DNA of 64,000 bases from a virus: the IMG/VR virus record IMGVR_UViG_3300045988_143356, one strand, 5' to 3'. The notes beneath the pieces are model-generated. The model made no database searches. It was not told the origin of the DNA and was given only the letters and a program-made list of their open reading frames with translations. A program made the position numbers and the translations under genes. Each line of letters starts with the position of its first letter. Position 1 is the first letter of the stretch. Positions 24,609 through 35,793 of this stretch are shown here, in pieces.

Positions 24609-27600
24609 GATACCGGTAGTCATAGACATAGACAAGGCGTTTGACGACGCTATCAAGAAGCTGCCGTCGGCGATGCGCCCGTTGAAGAACACGATAGAGC
24701 AGCTTTCGCAGGAGCTGAACATAGCGCGTCAGATTATGGCGGAGGCTCCGATAGACAGCAAGGACTGGCAGGACGCGGCGAATATGGTAAAGGGGTTGTC
24801 GCAGTCTTTGGAAGTCGCATCCGACAAGATGCGGAGATTGGTAGCCAACGATGGCAGCATCAAGCAGATGACCGCCACCTTGGCCTCGCTGAATCGTAGG
24901 TGGGAAGAGATGGGATATATGCAGAAGTTCCAGAACGCTTCGCAGTTGTCAAGCGAGGCGGAGGCTTTGTATGCTGAATATAAAAGAATAACAAAGTCTT
25001 TGCAGCAGAACAAGACCCTTACACAGCTTTGGGCGGAAGAGCAGGCAAAAGCGGCGAAAGCCGCAGAGCGGCAGGCCGCTGCCACCAAAGCTGCGCAGGA
25101 CAAGGCATTCATGATGTCCTCCCCGGCGAACACGCTTGCGGGTTTGCGCAAACAGGAAACTCTACTGTCAGCCGCGATGGGGCAGGTTACTATTGGATCC
25201 GCAGCGTTCAGGGATTATGAGAACCGCCTGACAGCAGTGCGCAACAAGATAAAGTCAGCCACAAAGGAGCAGAAAACATATAACACTGCGTTGTCCGAAA
25301 GCCATTCGCGCCTTGGCACGCTGATAAAAAGTACCGTGGCGTACTTCTCTTTGCGCCAGGTTACAAATTTCCTGCGTAATATCCGTGCTGTCACCGCCGA
25401 GTTCGAGATGCAGCGTGTTGCCTTGGGAGGTATCATCCAGGATAGCGACAAGGCAAGCGAACTCTTCAAGCAGATAAAGGCCGCTGCAATCAAGTCGCCT
25501 TTTGAAATCAAGGATTTGGTCTCATACACGAAGCAGTTGTCCGCGTACCGGATAGAGACAGACCAGCTTTTTGAGACCACGCAGCGTCTGGCCGATGTGT
25601 CTTCCGGTCTTGGCGTGGATATGGGGCGTATCATACTCGCCTACGGCCAGGTCCGCGCTGCTTCGGTGCTTCGTGGAACCGAGTTGAGACAATTTACCGA
25701 GGCCGGGATTCCATTGGTGGAGCTTTTGGCAGAAAAATTCTCGCAGCTTTCCGGGCGAATGGTCAACACCGCCGAGGTGTTCGACCTTATATCGAAGCGT
25801 GCTGTGTCGTTCAAGATGATCAAGGAGATATTTGAGGATATGACCAACGCTGGCGGTATGTTCTATAAGATGCAGGAGAAACAGTCCGAGACGTTGCAGG
25901 GTAAGTGGATGAACTTGAAGGATTCCGTGTCCATTATGTATGATGAGATAGGAAACACGAAAGATATTCATACGGCTATGGAATGGATGCTATCTTTCGC
26001 GACCGCGTTGATGAATAACTGGCGCACCGTGGGGAAGGTGCTTGGCGGCGTGATAGCGTCTATGACGGCTTATAAAATAGCGGTGACAAATACCACGATA
26101 GCCATTAATGCGCAGACAGCCGCCAATGGCATAGCTCAAAAGATGGAATGGAGTCGCCAAATAGGTATGAGCAAGACCATATCACTCATATTCGGCGAGA
26201 CGGCTGCCAGGAAGATTCAGATAGCCTTGATGCGTACCTACGTCGCAGTCAAAGCCAAGGAGGTAGCGGCCACGAACCTTTTCACAAAGGCATTCTATAA
26301 GATGACCGCCGCCTTGCTGAAAAATCCTTACGCGCTTGCGATAGCGGGAATCACGGCTTTGGGCTACGGGTTGTATCAGTTGATGACAAATGCCAACAAG
26401 GCAAAAATAAGTGTTGATGATTTTGAGAAATCCTTGGAATCTTTCAAGCAGTCCAAGTCGCACGCCAAGGATATTGATGATTTATGCGCGGCTTATGACG
26501 AGCTTAATAAAAAGACGGACAAGACCGCCGAGGAGCAGAAAAAGCTCGAGCGCATAACTAAAGATTTAGCAAAGGCATATCCGTCCGCTGTCGCTGGTGT
26601 AGATGCGCAGACGGGGGCATTGAAGATTAACACCAAGGCTATCAAAAGCAATAACGAAGCTGTAAAAGAGGCTATCAAATTGGCGTTGACGCAAGATAAG
26701 ACAAGTGCGGAGGCAGAACTTGCCAAAAGGGAAGCGGAACGCGACAAGATAGCAAGAGAGTTGGAACGTGGTAAAGTAACACGTTTTGGGCCTTACAATA
26801 CGCAATATGAAGGTGATTTAACCGAGGAAGAGCGAGCTGCCAGAGGCCGTCGTATCACCGAGTTGGAAGCCGAAATTAAGCAATATTCAAACTTGGTTGA
26901 AGATGCGGAAAAACAATTGGAGGGGTATTCCGAAGAAGTGGGCGTTTGGCTTGACTTCTTTGATGACAAATGGCGCTTATCCCTCACCGGCTATTCATAT
27001 ACCTTGCAGAGCACCGGTCAGCGGGTCCGTGCCTTCACCAAAGAACAGATAGAGAATTTCACCTCGCTGAAAGACGCACTGGACGCCGCAGCGAAGGGCT
27101 ACAAGGAGCAGAAGGAGGCGGTCGAGTTCTATACGCACGCATACAACGCTGCCACGGGCGGCAAGAAAGACCAGATGAAGGCGGCTCTCGCTGACGCGCA
27201 GGCGCAGCTTGCCATGTACACGAAGATACTGACCGACAATGATGCCATGTATCTGACAGCGCAGAAAGGCAAGGGCGGAGCATCAAGTGACCCGTTTATC
27301 ATCCAGATAGAGAATCGCATCAAGTTCATGAAAGACTTCCAGAAGGGTTACGAGTCTCTTTTGAAGTATATGTCTTCCTCGGCTGCCTTGCAGAAAGAGG
27401 GCAGCATCATGCAGGGACGTGGTGTCGCCTTGGGCATAGACCCGTCTGAGCAGAAGCGTGCCGCCACTGACCTTTCTGGATGGCTCGAAGATTTGAAAAA
27501 GACGGTGTTCGCAGAGGCGCAAAAGAAGGGTGCTAAAGGTGATATTCTTAATTTTCTCGGTTTGAAAATCAACTCCGGTGTGCTCCGTGAGTATCAGTCC

Positions 27601-29832
27601 TTGATTCAGTCTATCTTTGACACAAAGACCGACATAGACACGTCGCAGATGTCGAAGAACTTTGACAAGGCGATAAAGCAGCTTTCCACCGAGTTAAAGA
27701 ACACCGAGGCGGCCCGTAACTTCTACAAGGACATCCTCGGCCAGACTGGTGATGAGCAGCTGGCGACTACGCTGACCGTATCGGTTTACGGCGACATCGG
27801 CAAGGATTTCAAGGACCGGATAAAGGCGCAGCTGGACAAGGCATTCGCGAGCCTTTCAAAGGCTGACCAGACACCGGAGATGAAGGCGGCGATAGACACG
27901 CAGGACTTCGGTTATTTGCTTTCCAATCTGGACAAGTTCTCGCAGGAGTGGCAGAAGGTGTTGCAGGAGGCGGCCAGCAGCTCTATCCAATACAACGCCA
28001 AGTGGCTGAAAGATTTGGTCTCTTCCTACGAAAAACACAAGACCTTCGAGGAGCGCATCACCGAGACAAAGCAGCGCGAGGCACAGAAACGTGTTGAGAT
28101 ACAGAAGTGGGAGGCGGAACAGATTGCGGCGATAGACAAGGACACGACCAAGACCGCCGAGGAGAAAACGGCTGCGAAAGCCAAGGTGAAGGCGACATCT
28201 ACACAGATGCAGGCCGCGTCAAGCAGTAAGGAAACTAAAGAGGTGTCTAATATTGAGATGGAGGCGTTGAAAGCGACGTATGAATGGACCAAGGCGTTCG
28301 AGGATATGGACAACGTTTCAACCACAACGTTGAAAAACCTTATCGCTCTGCTGACCTCGTATATTGACAAGTGGAAGGATTCAGGTGACGCACCGGAATC
28401 ACTAAAGGCAGCAGTCCAGGCGTTAGAGCAGGCACAGGCGCAGATTACGGAAAGGAATCCTTACCAAGGCGCGATAAAAGGCATAAAAGATTATATCAAG
28501 GCCAAGCAGACGGCAAACAGATTGGAGAAAGAGGGAAAGAAAGGAACGCAGGAGTATAAGGAAGCGCAAGATGCAATGCGCAAGGCTATGAAATCTACCG
28601 AGAAATCGGTAAATGATGTCGGCAACACTTTCAATACATTTTCTTCAATAGTAAGTTCGGTTTCTGATATTCTGAACCTTGACGAAATGTCCGACGGTGA
28701 GGCGGTACTGCAAGGTATCGCCGCCGGTCTTACTATGGTCGGTACTGCCCTCGTGTTCATCAATGCGATGTTTACCCTTTTGGAAACCAATCCTATTGTC
28801 CTCGCCATTTCCGCCATAATCGCCAGTGTAGCCGCCTTGGGTATGATAATGAGCAACCTGTCCACGGCAGGAGCCAACCGCGAGATAGAGAAACAGCAAC
28901 AGACCGTAGATGCGCTTGAAAAGTCTTACAAGCGATTGGAAAAGGCTATGGAGGATTCCTTCGGTTCTGATTACATCTATAACTATCAAGAGCAGATGAA
29001 GAACCTCCAGGCGCAGGCTGACGCTTATCAGAAGATGGCCGATGCCGAGCGAAGCAAAGGAAGAAAGGCGGATGACGACAAGATAAAGGAGTACGAGGAG
29101 AGTATGGATGACATACTTGAGAAAATGGACGACATGAAGCACCAGCTCAGCGAGTACTTCTCCGGCACGGATCTGACCTCGGCGGCGGAGGATTTTGCTA
29201 AATCTTGGATTGACGCTTACCGTGAGTTTTCCAGCACCACCTCGGCGATGAAGGAGAAGTTCAGGGAGATGATTGACAATATGGTGGTCAATTCGCTTGC
29301 CGGGCAGGTGATGCAGAATATATTAAAACCCGTCTTTGATGCCATTGACGAATATTCAAAGGACGGCGCTTTGACCGAGAAAGAGATTGCGAACATAGCT
29401 GCGATGTCTGTTGCCAAAACCGAGGAGATAAACACTGCTATGACCGCCTTGATGGAACGACTCACCGCCGCTGGTGTGAACATCCGTGCCACCGGCTCCA
29501 GTCTTTCCGGAATATCGAAGGACATAGCGGGTGCGTCCGAGGAGTCCATCAACGCTCTTGCTTCCGGCATCAACACGCAGAACTTCTACATGTCGTATAT
29601 GCCGAACATAGACCGCAACGTCGCCGCTATCCTTGTGGCGATACAAGGTGGGACTACTCCGAACACGGTTGCGGCTCCGCAGACCACCTCTGTCCAGTTT
29701 GGCGACGAGACGTTCCGCGGGCAGATGAGCAGGATAGACGAGAATGTCGCCGGAATCTACCAGATGATGCGCAGCGTGATTACTCCGAAGTCTGCAAACG
29801 TTAACACGCATTGTGTTGGCACAAAGGGCTAA
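24598..29832 (+). CDS. tape measure protein
   Basis: 1744 aa, long coiled-coil stretches plus hydrophobic segments; position after G/GT. Confidence 0.9.
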   Translation: MAVEIPVVIDIDKAFDDAIKKLPSAMRPLKNTIEQLSQELNIARQIMAEAPIDSKDWQDAANMVKGLSQSLEVASDKMRRLVANDGSIKQMTATLASLNRRWEEMGYMQKFQNASQLSSEAEALYAEYKRITKSLQQNKTLTQLWAEEQAKAAKAAERQAAATKAAQDKAFMMSSPANTLAGLRKQETLLSAAMGQVTIGSAAFRDYENRLTAVRNKIKSATKEQKTYNTALSESHSRLGTLIKSTVAYFSLRQVTNFLRNIRAVTAEFEMQRVALGGIIQDSDKASELFKQIKAAAIKSPFEIKDLVSYTKQLSAYRIETDQLFETTQRLADVSSGLGVDMGRIILAYGQVRAASVLRGTELRQFTEAGIPLVELLAEKFSQLSGRMVNTAEVFDLISKRAVSFKMIKEIFEDMTNAGGMFYKMQEKQSETLQGKWMNLKDSVSIMYDEIGNTKDIHTAMEWMLSFATALMNNWRTVGKVLGGVIASMTAYKIAVTNTTIAINAQTAANGIAQKMEWSRQIGMSKTISLIFGETAARKIQIALMRTYVAVKAKEVAATNLFTKAFYKMTAALLKNPYALAIAGITALGYGLYQLMTNANKAKISVDDFEKSLESFKQSKSHAKDIDDLCAAYDELNKKTDKTAEEQKKLERITKDLAKAYPSAVAGVDAQTGALKINTKAIKSNNEAVKEAIKLALTQDKTSAEAELAKREAERDKIARELERGKVTRFGPYNTQYEGDLTEEERAARGRRITELEAEIKQYSNLVEDAEKQLEGYSEEVGVWLDFFDDKWRLSLTGYSYTLQSTGQRVRAFTKEQIENFTSLKDALDAAAKGYKEQKEAVEFYTHAYNAATGGKKDQMKAALADAQAQLAMYTKILTDNDAMYLTAQKGKGGASSDPFIIQIENRIKFMKDFQKGYESLLKYMSSSAALQKEGSIMQGRGVALGIDPSEQKRAATDLSGWLEDLKKTVFAEAQKKGAKGDILNFLGLKINSGVLREYQSLIQSIFDTKTDIDTSQMSKNFDKAIKQLSTELKNTEAARNFYKDILGQTGDEQLATTLTVSVYGDIGKDFKDRIKAQLDKAFASLSKADQTPEMKAAIDTQDFGYLLSNLDKFSQEWQKVLQEAASSSIQYNAKWLKDLVSSYEKHKTFEERITETKQREAQKRVEIQKWEAEQIAAIDKDTTKTAEEKTAAKAKVKATSTQMQAASSSKETKEVSNIEMEALKATYEWTKAFEDMDNVSTTTLKNLIALLTSYIDKWKDSGDAPESLKAAVQALEQAQAQITERNPYQGAIKGIKDYIKAKQTANRLEKEGKKGTQEYKEAQDAMRKAMKSTEKSVNDVGNTFNTFSSIVSSVSDILNLDEMSDGEAVLQGIAAGLTMVGTALVFINAMFTLLETNPIVLAISAIIASVAALGMIMSNLSTAGANREIEKQQQTVDALEKSYKRLEKAMEDSFGSDYIYNYQEQMKNLQAQADAYQKMADAERSKGRKADDDKIKEYEESMDDILEKMDDMKHQLSEYFSGTDLTSAAEDFAKSWIDAYREFSSTTSAMKEKFREMIDNMVVNSLAGQVMQNILKPVFDAIDEYSKDGALTEKEIANIAAMSVAKTEEINTAMTALMERLTAAGVNIRATGSSLSGISKDIAGASEESINALASGINTQNFYMSYMPNIDRNVAAILVAIQGGTTPNTVAAPQTTSVQFGDETFRGQMSRIDENVAGIYQMMRSVITPKSANVNTHCVGTKG

Positions 29833-29838
29833 ATTCAC

Positions 29839-29848
29839 TATCTTTGCA
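29839..29848 (+). promoter_or_regulatory. candidate promoter -7 box TATCTTTGCA
   Basis: Identical 10-mer to 18686 and 37079; only 2 nt before ATG 29851, implying a leaderless or very short-leader mRNA. Confidence 0.35.
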
Positions 29849-29850
29849 TT

Positions 29851-30333
29851 ATGGAGAAAGATTGGCAAAAACAGCTGCGGCGCGAGGCCTCCCTGCATCA
29901 CATGTGCGGGGAGAACCGGGCCGCTCTTTCGGAGGTGGAGTCCAAGGTAGAGGCGATTGCGCTATACAAAAAAACGATAGACTGGGCGATAAAGGAGGGT
30001 TATCCGGACATGGAGACAATCCGTCGCTATTTCAGCGACGCGGACGCCTCCGGCGTCTTTGTGGACCGTCACTTCGACGGCGAGGTCCTTGATGACCAGC
30101 AGGTCTATGTATTCCACAACTGCACCGGGACGATTCGCACGGGTCTGAACGTTGACAAGGCGATAATCCCTATGCTGCACTTCGCCAACGGGTGTGACAT
30201 GAGGGTCGAGAGCTGCAACGCCGACAACATGCCGTGTCCCGTCAAAGTGCCTCTTTACATCTACGGCGACAGCAGGGTTGAAGCGGAGGAATCCGCAAGG
30301 CTGCATTGTCTGAAATATCTTAATACCAAATAG
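29851..30333 (+). CDS. hypothetical Cys-containing protein
   Basis: 160-aa ORF between tape measure and distal tail genes; no structural motif seen. Confidence 0.55.
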   Translation: MEKDWQKQLRREASLHHMCGENRAALSEVESKVEAIALYKKTIDWAIKEGYPDMETIRRYFSDADASGVFVDRHFDGEVLDDQQVYVFHNCTGTIRTGLNVDKAIIPMLHFANGCDMRVESCNADNMPCPVKVPLYIYGDSRVEAEESARLHCLKYLNTK

Positions 30334-30335
30334 TT

Positions 30336-30734
30336 ATGGGTGAGACGTCAATACTTTCCGACATATTGCAGAACCTTGGCCTGCCTTTGGTCACGGGAAT
30401 CATGGGCTGGTTCGGGAACGTCTGGCGAAACCGGCAGAAGAAGGACAAGGACATTCTTGACAATGTGACCCAGATTCTTGACATACAGAAAAAGTATATC
30501 GAGGAGCAGAAAGGCACCATCGAGGAGACCAAGAAGATGAACAAGCGTCTGGAAGGCAAGCTGAATAAGGAGTACAAGTGTGTGCGGCAGGCATTCAAGT
30601 GCAAGTACTCGAATGTCGGCGACGGCTGTCCGGTGCTTCTTCTTGAGGAACGATACGACAACGATACCGTATGTGAGGACTGCAAACTGAAAAAGGAGGT
30701 ACAGAATGCTGAGGGTGCGACTGAAAATAGGTGA
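30336..30734 (+). CDS. hypothetical membrane-anchored coiled-coil protein
   Basis: Hydrophobic N-terminal helix LGLPLVTGIMGWFGNVW, Lys/Glu coiled coil, Cys cluster near the C-terminus. Confidence 0.5.
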   Translation: MGETSILSDILQNLGLPLVTGIMGWFGNVWRNRQKKDKDILDNVTQILDIQKKYIEEQKGTIEETKKMNKRLEGKLNKEYKCVRQAFKCKYSNVGDGCPVLLLEERYDNDTVCEDCKLKKEVQNAEGATENR

Positions 30735-31188
30735 CGGTGACGAAAATCCGGTCTATACCGATGAGGCTTACGGCCTTGTGTATGTCTCTGCCGACAATCG
30801 TCTCGGACCCGATGTAAAGGCTTTCGAGTCCACGGCTTACCCGGAGGAGGAGGGCGAACATCTACTCACGAAGACGGTTGACGCAGCCTTTGACTACACC
30901 GTCAAATTCTACGTTAATACGGAAGGCAGTCTTGAGAATGCCAACCAGAAGCTGGCTGCCTTCAACGCGGCGCTTTTTGACAAGGACGACAACGGAATCA
31001 AGACGTTCAAGCGGGTGTGGTTCTACAATGACTACAAGAAGACGCTGATTGTCGGCTATCCTTATCCTATTTCGGAAGCCACGGACTTTTGGCGTGACTC
31101 CAAGGGTGAGTGGCATGATGTCGTTGTTGTCGAGTGGAAGATACGCGTCACCAAACCAAGTCTTTGTGATTTCAATCTAACTGCATAG
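30706..31188 (+). CDS. distal tail protein (putative)
   Basis: 160-aa ORF immediately upstream of the large tail-tip protein; position-based. Confidence 0.45.
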   Translation: MLRVRLKIGDGDENPVYTDEAYGLVYVSADNRLGPDVKAFESTAYPEEEGEHLLTKTVDAAFDYTVKFYVNTEGSLENANQKLAAFNAALFDKDDNGIKTFKRVWFYNDYKKTLIVGYPYPISEATDFWRDSKGEWHDVVVVEWKIRVTKPSLCDFNLTA

Positions 31189-31192
31189 ACAA

Positions 31193-34100
31193 GTGATCAA
31201 GGGCATTACAGAAGTCAACTTCCCGTCCTATGCGACGCTGAGCCAGGCCACCGTCTCTCTGGAGGAGATGGGCAGCCGAACCATTACCACGCAGGTGAAG
31301 ATAGACGGCGGCATTACGCCCGATTTTGAGAGCAAAGAGTGGAAGCTGGTTTACAACGGCGAGGAGTTCATACTGAACACCAAGACCCCGCAAGCGACAA
31401 AAGACACCTCTACACAGAAATCTATTCTTGACTTGGTGTTCGTCTCTTCGATGGAGTCCGAGTTGAAGCGGTACTTCTTCATCGAGCTTTCCGAGGTTGA
31501 GCTTGGCACGGTAATCATCGACAAGTACATAGCGTCTCTCCGGCTCAACGTAACGTACTTCATCACGGCCTTCAACCGTGTGCTGGAGTACTATTTCGGG
31601 GCGAACAAGTTTCGTATAGTTGCGGCCCCTGGCGTGACGCTTTCCCCGGAGGTCAAGGATGTATCAATAGAGTACACCTATCTCTGGGATGTGCTTCCGG
31701 TATTTTATGACGTTTACGGTCTTACATGGCATTTCACAAAGGATGTCAACGGCTACACTATAACCGTCGGCGGCGAGATGCAGCCCATCCGGGGCCATGT
31801 GTTCCAATACGGTTATCTTGGCGGTCTGACACGCATAGAAAGGCAGATAGAGGACGCTGACATATACAATCAGCTTCTTGGCCGTGGCGGAGACAAGAAC
31901 CTGCCGTACAGATACTTCAAGAAGGCGGACCCGAACAACACTGCGTTCGCCGGGGACCCCGACGCCTGCGCTGAGTTGTCAACGGTCTATTTCGAGCGGC
32001 TTCTGGACATCAACTTCCGGTACTATGTCAAAGGTTGGCTCCGTAACCCGAACCGCCCGATAAACGCCAATTATCCCGTGCCTACGACCACCGAGCCGGA
32101 AGAGGTGACATCCACGTGGGCGTACCAGAAAGGTTTGACGGACGAGAAGTTCCGTCCGGTCGAGTACGTAAAGGATGATGAGTCGATAGCCAAGTACGGT
32201 GTGCGGCAAGGCAAGCTGGATGACAACGACGAGATATATCCGACTATACAAGGTGTCACTGTGTCGCCTTACGGCAGGATTGACGAGATTGTTGCGGTGG
32301 GTTCGATTACCGATGGTAGCGACGGCGTTGATACTGACAACGGTGTGACAAAGAAGGTCACACTTCCGGATATGCTCGCTGACTTGACGAGCACCAAGTC
32401 GTTTTCGGATAATAGGAACGTCACTGATTTTGTGACAATAGTGGGTACATCCTTTAGTGTTCCGGCCGGATTCATTGGGCAGATTGATTATGTGCCATAC
32501 GTTGAGCGTCAAAACTCGCGAGATTTTGTATTCATATACGAGCCTAAGGAGACCGAGATTTTCGCCGTCCGCGACAGCGACGGTGCATTGTTCGGAATCG
32601 CCAGCATACCGGGTGGCGAAAGCTATCATCTGAAAGTGAAATTCGTCGTTTCGATTGGTGCGGCGCATCGTGGACAGAGCAGTACGACAAGAGAGGTAGG
32701 TTTCAAGAATATAACATTGACCTCTTCCGTTAAGGCGTCCTCCGGCAGCGACACCGCTCAAACCTTCAACGTATGGATAAAGAACGTGTTCCAGACCACA
32801 CAGGGCACGGATGAGACTGACTTGCAGTACATGAAGCGTGTGTGGGAGCCGATACTTGGAGACCGTGTGGGCAACGAGGCAAAGCTGGTTTTCTCTGATG
32901 GCTGGATGTCAGCCAGCAGCGATTATGAGTTCACCATCGTTGACTGGCCTACCGTTGACCGCTCCAAGACCACTGACGGCGTTTCCTCAGAGTGGATGCT
33001 CACCCTCGCCAAGTCCGACGTGGACTACGAGGCGACAGGCAAGTACCTTCCGAACGCCACGAGTCCGAAGCCCGTGGGCGGAGACCATTTCTTCTTCATC
33101 GGCATAGATATGCCGCACATCTATGTGGAGTGGGCGGAGAAGAAACTTAACGCCGAGAAGCAGACCGCCTTGGAGAGCAAGGCCTACGCCAACCCGACGT
33201 GGGCGGTTCAGCTGGACAAGATACGAATCAACACGCTCGTCGGAGACGAGACAGCCACGCTGATGTCACGCCTCGGCACAGGAGTGGTGATGCAGATATT
33301 CGACAAGCGGTTCTCCGGCGGTCAGATACTTTTCCTTGCCATACGGTCGATGACTATAACGTGGGCGAACGACACGGCGATGCTTCCGAATGTCAATGTG
33401 GTACTTTCCGAGAATGTGCTGGCGCGTTCAAGCGGCTCGTCAACGCTTTCCCCGGAAAACATCATCGCAAGTCTTGCGTCAACAGTCAATAAGATTCAGC
33501 AGCAGAACGCGATGATGCCGATGGTATATCTGTCCAAGGAAAAGGATGATGTGGCTGTCGGCCATATCACGATGCAGCAGGGGTCTTCTTTCGGAAACTA
33601 CGCCGGCGGACTCGCAGGATTTGGCGGAAACATCGACGCCAAAGGTCGCGGCGAGCTTGACGAGTTGACCATCCGTCACTTCCTTGAGGTTCCGGAACTT
33701 CGTTACAACCGCATATCCGTGCAGATTGGCAACCGTTGGAACGCTCCGGGCGGCGGAATCATAGAACGCGTCGAGCCTGATTATGACACTGACGGCAACA
33801 TCTTGAACACGGGAATCATCTACCTTCATCTGGAGGATGGCGAGATAGGCATGGTCGCTCTTGATGACATCTGCATGGGAATATACCACGACGGCATCAC
33901 GGCAGACACGAATGCTTTAGCCGACACGGATGACGGAATAGGCAACTTCCATTTCAGCGGGTTCTACACAACCTATTTCCGCGTCACGGAGATTCTGGCC
34001 GGCGACAATCACGCATTCCGATACTCCATCCGTCCTGTGAGTGACACCTGGAAAGAGACGCATCATCCTTGCGAGGCCATGCACTTTGTCGGCTACGGCA

Positions 34101-34639
34101 ACTTCTCAGACACGACAAGGCAGACGTCACGATATTCAACCAGGACCTACGAGCGGTATCTGAAAGGCGTCAACAGCTGGGAGTTCACCAAGGACAACAT
34201 CGGTGCGCAGTTCGGTGATCTGTCGAACCTGAGCGTGTTCAGCCTGAACATGACCGGTTACTCGGCTTATCTGAACAATATCTATATGTCCGGTGTGATA
34301 CAGCAGTTCCAGGATATCCCGTACCGTATGGAAATAGACACCGGCGGCCAGGATACGCTCGCCTATGGTGAGTCCATAACGGTCAAGTGTTCCGTGTTCC
34401 ACGGTTGGGATGACAAGACCTCTGAGGTCACTTCCTGGAGTATAGTCCGGGACACTGGCGACACCGCGGCTGACGCCGCGTGGTCGGAACTCGACAAGGT
34501 TAAGAATTTTGCGGGAACCATAACCATAGCGCACGGCAAGGGTTACAGTGACCTCGCAACTGTGGGGCTGAGTACCTTGTTCACCATCACGGCGACGCTT
34601 TCTGACGGCACTTCCGCGCAACTTGAATTGACTGTATGA
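31193..34639 (+). CDS. tail tip / baseplate hub protein (Tal-like)
   Basis: 1148 aa, GTG start, canonical position after the Dit-like gene. Confidence 0.65.
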   Translation: MIKGITEVNFPSYATLSQATVSLEEMGSRTITTQVKIDGGITPDFESKEWKLVYNGEEFILNTKTPQATKDTSTQKSILDLVFVSSMESELKRYFFIELSEVELGTVIIDKYIASLRLNVTYFITAFNRVLEYYFGANKFRIVAAPGVTLSPEVKDVSIEYTYLWDVLPVFYDVYGLTWHFTKDVNGYTITVGGEMQPIRGHVFQYGYLGGLTRIERQIEDADIYNQLLGRGGDKNLPYRYFKKADPNNTAFAGDPDACAELSTVYFERLLDINFRYYVKGWLRNPNRPINANYPVPTTTEPEEVTSTWAYQKGLTDEKFRPVEYVKDDESIAKYGVRQGKLDDNDEIYPTIQGVTVSPYGRIDEIVAVGSITDGSDGVDTDNGVTKKVTLPDMLADLTSTKSFSDNRNVTDFVTIVGTSFSVPAGFIGQIDYVPYVERQNSRDFVFIYEPKETEIFAVRDSDGALFGIASIPGGESYHLKVKFVVSIGAAHRGQSSTTREVGFKNITLTSSVKASSGSDTAQTFNVWIKNVFQTTQGTDETDLQYMKRVWEPILGDRVGNEAKLVFSDGWMSASSDYEFTIVDWPTVDRSKTTDGVSSEWMLTLAKSDVDYEATGKYLPNATSPKPVGGDHFFFIGIDMPHIYVEWAEKKLNAEKQTALESKAYANPTWAVQLDKIRINTLVGDETATLMSRLGTGVVMQIFDKRFSGGQILFLAIRSMTITWANDTAMLPNVNVVLSENVLARSSGSSTLSPENIIASLASTVNKIQQQNAMMPMVYLSKEKDDVAVGHITMQQGSSFGNYAGGLAGFGGNIDAKGRGELDELTIRHFLEVPELRYNRISVQIGNRWNAPGGGIIERVEPDYDTDGNILNTGIIYLHLEDGEIGMVALDDICMGIYHDGITADTNALADTDDGIGNFHFSGFYTTYFRVTEILAGDNHAFRYSIRPVSDTWKETHHPCEAMHFVGYGNFSDTTRQTSRYSTRTYERYLKGVNSWEFTKDNIGAQFGDLSNLSVFSLNMTGYSAYLNNIYMSGVIQQFQDIPYRMEIDTGGQDTLAYGESITVKCSVFHGWDDKTSEVTSWSIVRDTGDTAADAAWSELDKVKNFAGTITIAHGKGYSDLATVGLSTLFTITATLSDGTSAQLELTV

Positions 34640-34640
34640 T

Positions 34641-35789
34641 ATGGAGAGGCGGCGCATCAGACTTGTTTACGAGCCGCTGAACATCGCCGTGTCGGTGTCC
34701 GGCTCAGTCACCACACAGACTTATGACGGCGCGTATCATCCCGACAGGACGGTGACACCGGGAGTGTTCCGGCCGGTCATATCGGCGCAGTCCTCGGACG
34801 GCACCGCCGAAGTGACCTTGTCAGATAAGGTCTGGAGTGTTGATGGAATCCAGATAGCGTCCCACGCCGACTTCACAGGGGCTTACACGGTCGCCGAGGA
34901 CGGTGCACTCACACTCCGCAAGAACGTTCCAGCAGGCAAGTCATACACACTTCGGTTCTCTGCCGTTGTGAAAGACACACGCACCGGGAACACCGTGGAA
35001 GTTAGCACCGACGACATCGTTATCTCGACGCGTCCGAAAAGCGGCGAGGCTTATTCAATCAGCATCGGGGAGGACCAGATTATACGATATAACCCGTTCC
35101 TCGACAGACTGCATCTGTATGAGTACAAGGTGGCGCATGGACTTGCCGAATATTCGGAAGAGGCGGCCGCTGGTCTTGCGGACGGGAACTCTTATTTGAG
35201 GGAAATACCCGTGGCTGTCTTTGTCGGCAAGGAACGCATAAGAGTAGGGTTCACCGTGCGTCTATACCGAATTGGCTCCGACGGCACACAGACAGAGCTG
35301 TCCGAAACAGATGACGGCATTGTATCCATAGAGGCGGATAAAATCACGCTTGACCTCAGGATGATGACCAAGGCCGACTTCGTTGTCAAGGCTGATTTCG
35401 GCACTCCATCGTCGCCTTCCGTGCAGTTTTCCGTGAACCGCATATATGAAGACTATACCATTAGGCCGACCAATGGCGCCTCGATAATGCCGGGGGATAC
35501 AGAGCTTCTTGATACGGCCCTGGTCACCACGAAGGGTCGTGTGCTGGAGTGCCCCGAAAGCGTGATACGCATCCTTTGGAAGACAGACACCGCCGCCTTG
35601 GCCGGATGCACGCACAACGAGGGCGGCAGGGGGTATATCAATCTTGACAAGACGAAAATAGGCTACAAACGCGGCGAGGACTGGCTTGGCATATACACCG
35701 AATCGGAAATAAAGGGGCAGTACAATGTCACCAGCGATGATGGCGACACGCTTGTTGACAACGAAGGAAACATTCTAATATTCAACTGA
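34641..35789 (+). CDS. baseplate/fibre-associated structural protein
   Basis: 382 aa, beta-rich, tightly coupled to the previous gene. Confidence 0.55.
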   Translation: MERRRIRLVYEPLNIAVSVSGSVTTQTYDGAYHPDRTVTPGVFRPVISAQSSDGTAEVTLSDKVWSVDGIQIASHADFTGAYTVAEDGALTLRKNVPAGKSYTLRFSAVVKDTRTGNTVEVSTDDIVISTRPKSGEAYSISIGEDQIIRYNPFLDRLHLYEYKVAHGLAEYSEEAAAGLADGNSYLREIPVAVFVGKERIRVGFTVRLYRIGSDGTQTELSETDDGIVSIEADKITLDLRMMTKADFVVKADFGTPSSPSVQFSVNRIYEDYTIRPTNGASIMPGDTELLDTALVTTKGRVLECPESVIRILWKTDTAALAGCTHNEGGRGYINLDKTKIGYKRGEDWLGIYTESEIKGQYNVTSDDGDTLVDNEGNILIFN

Positions 35790-35793
35790 CTTT

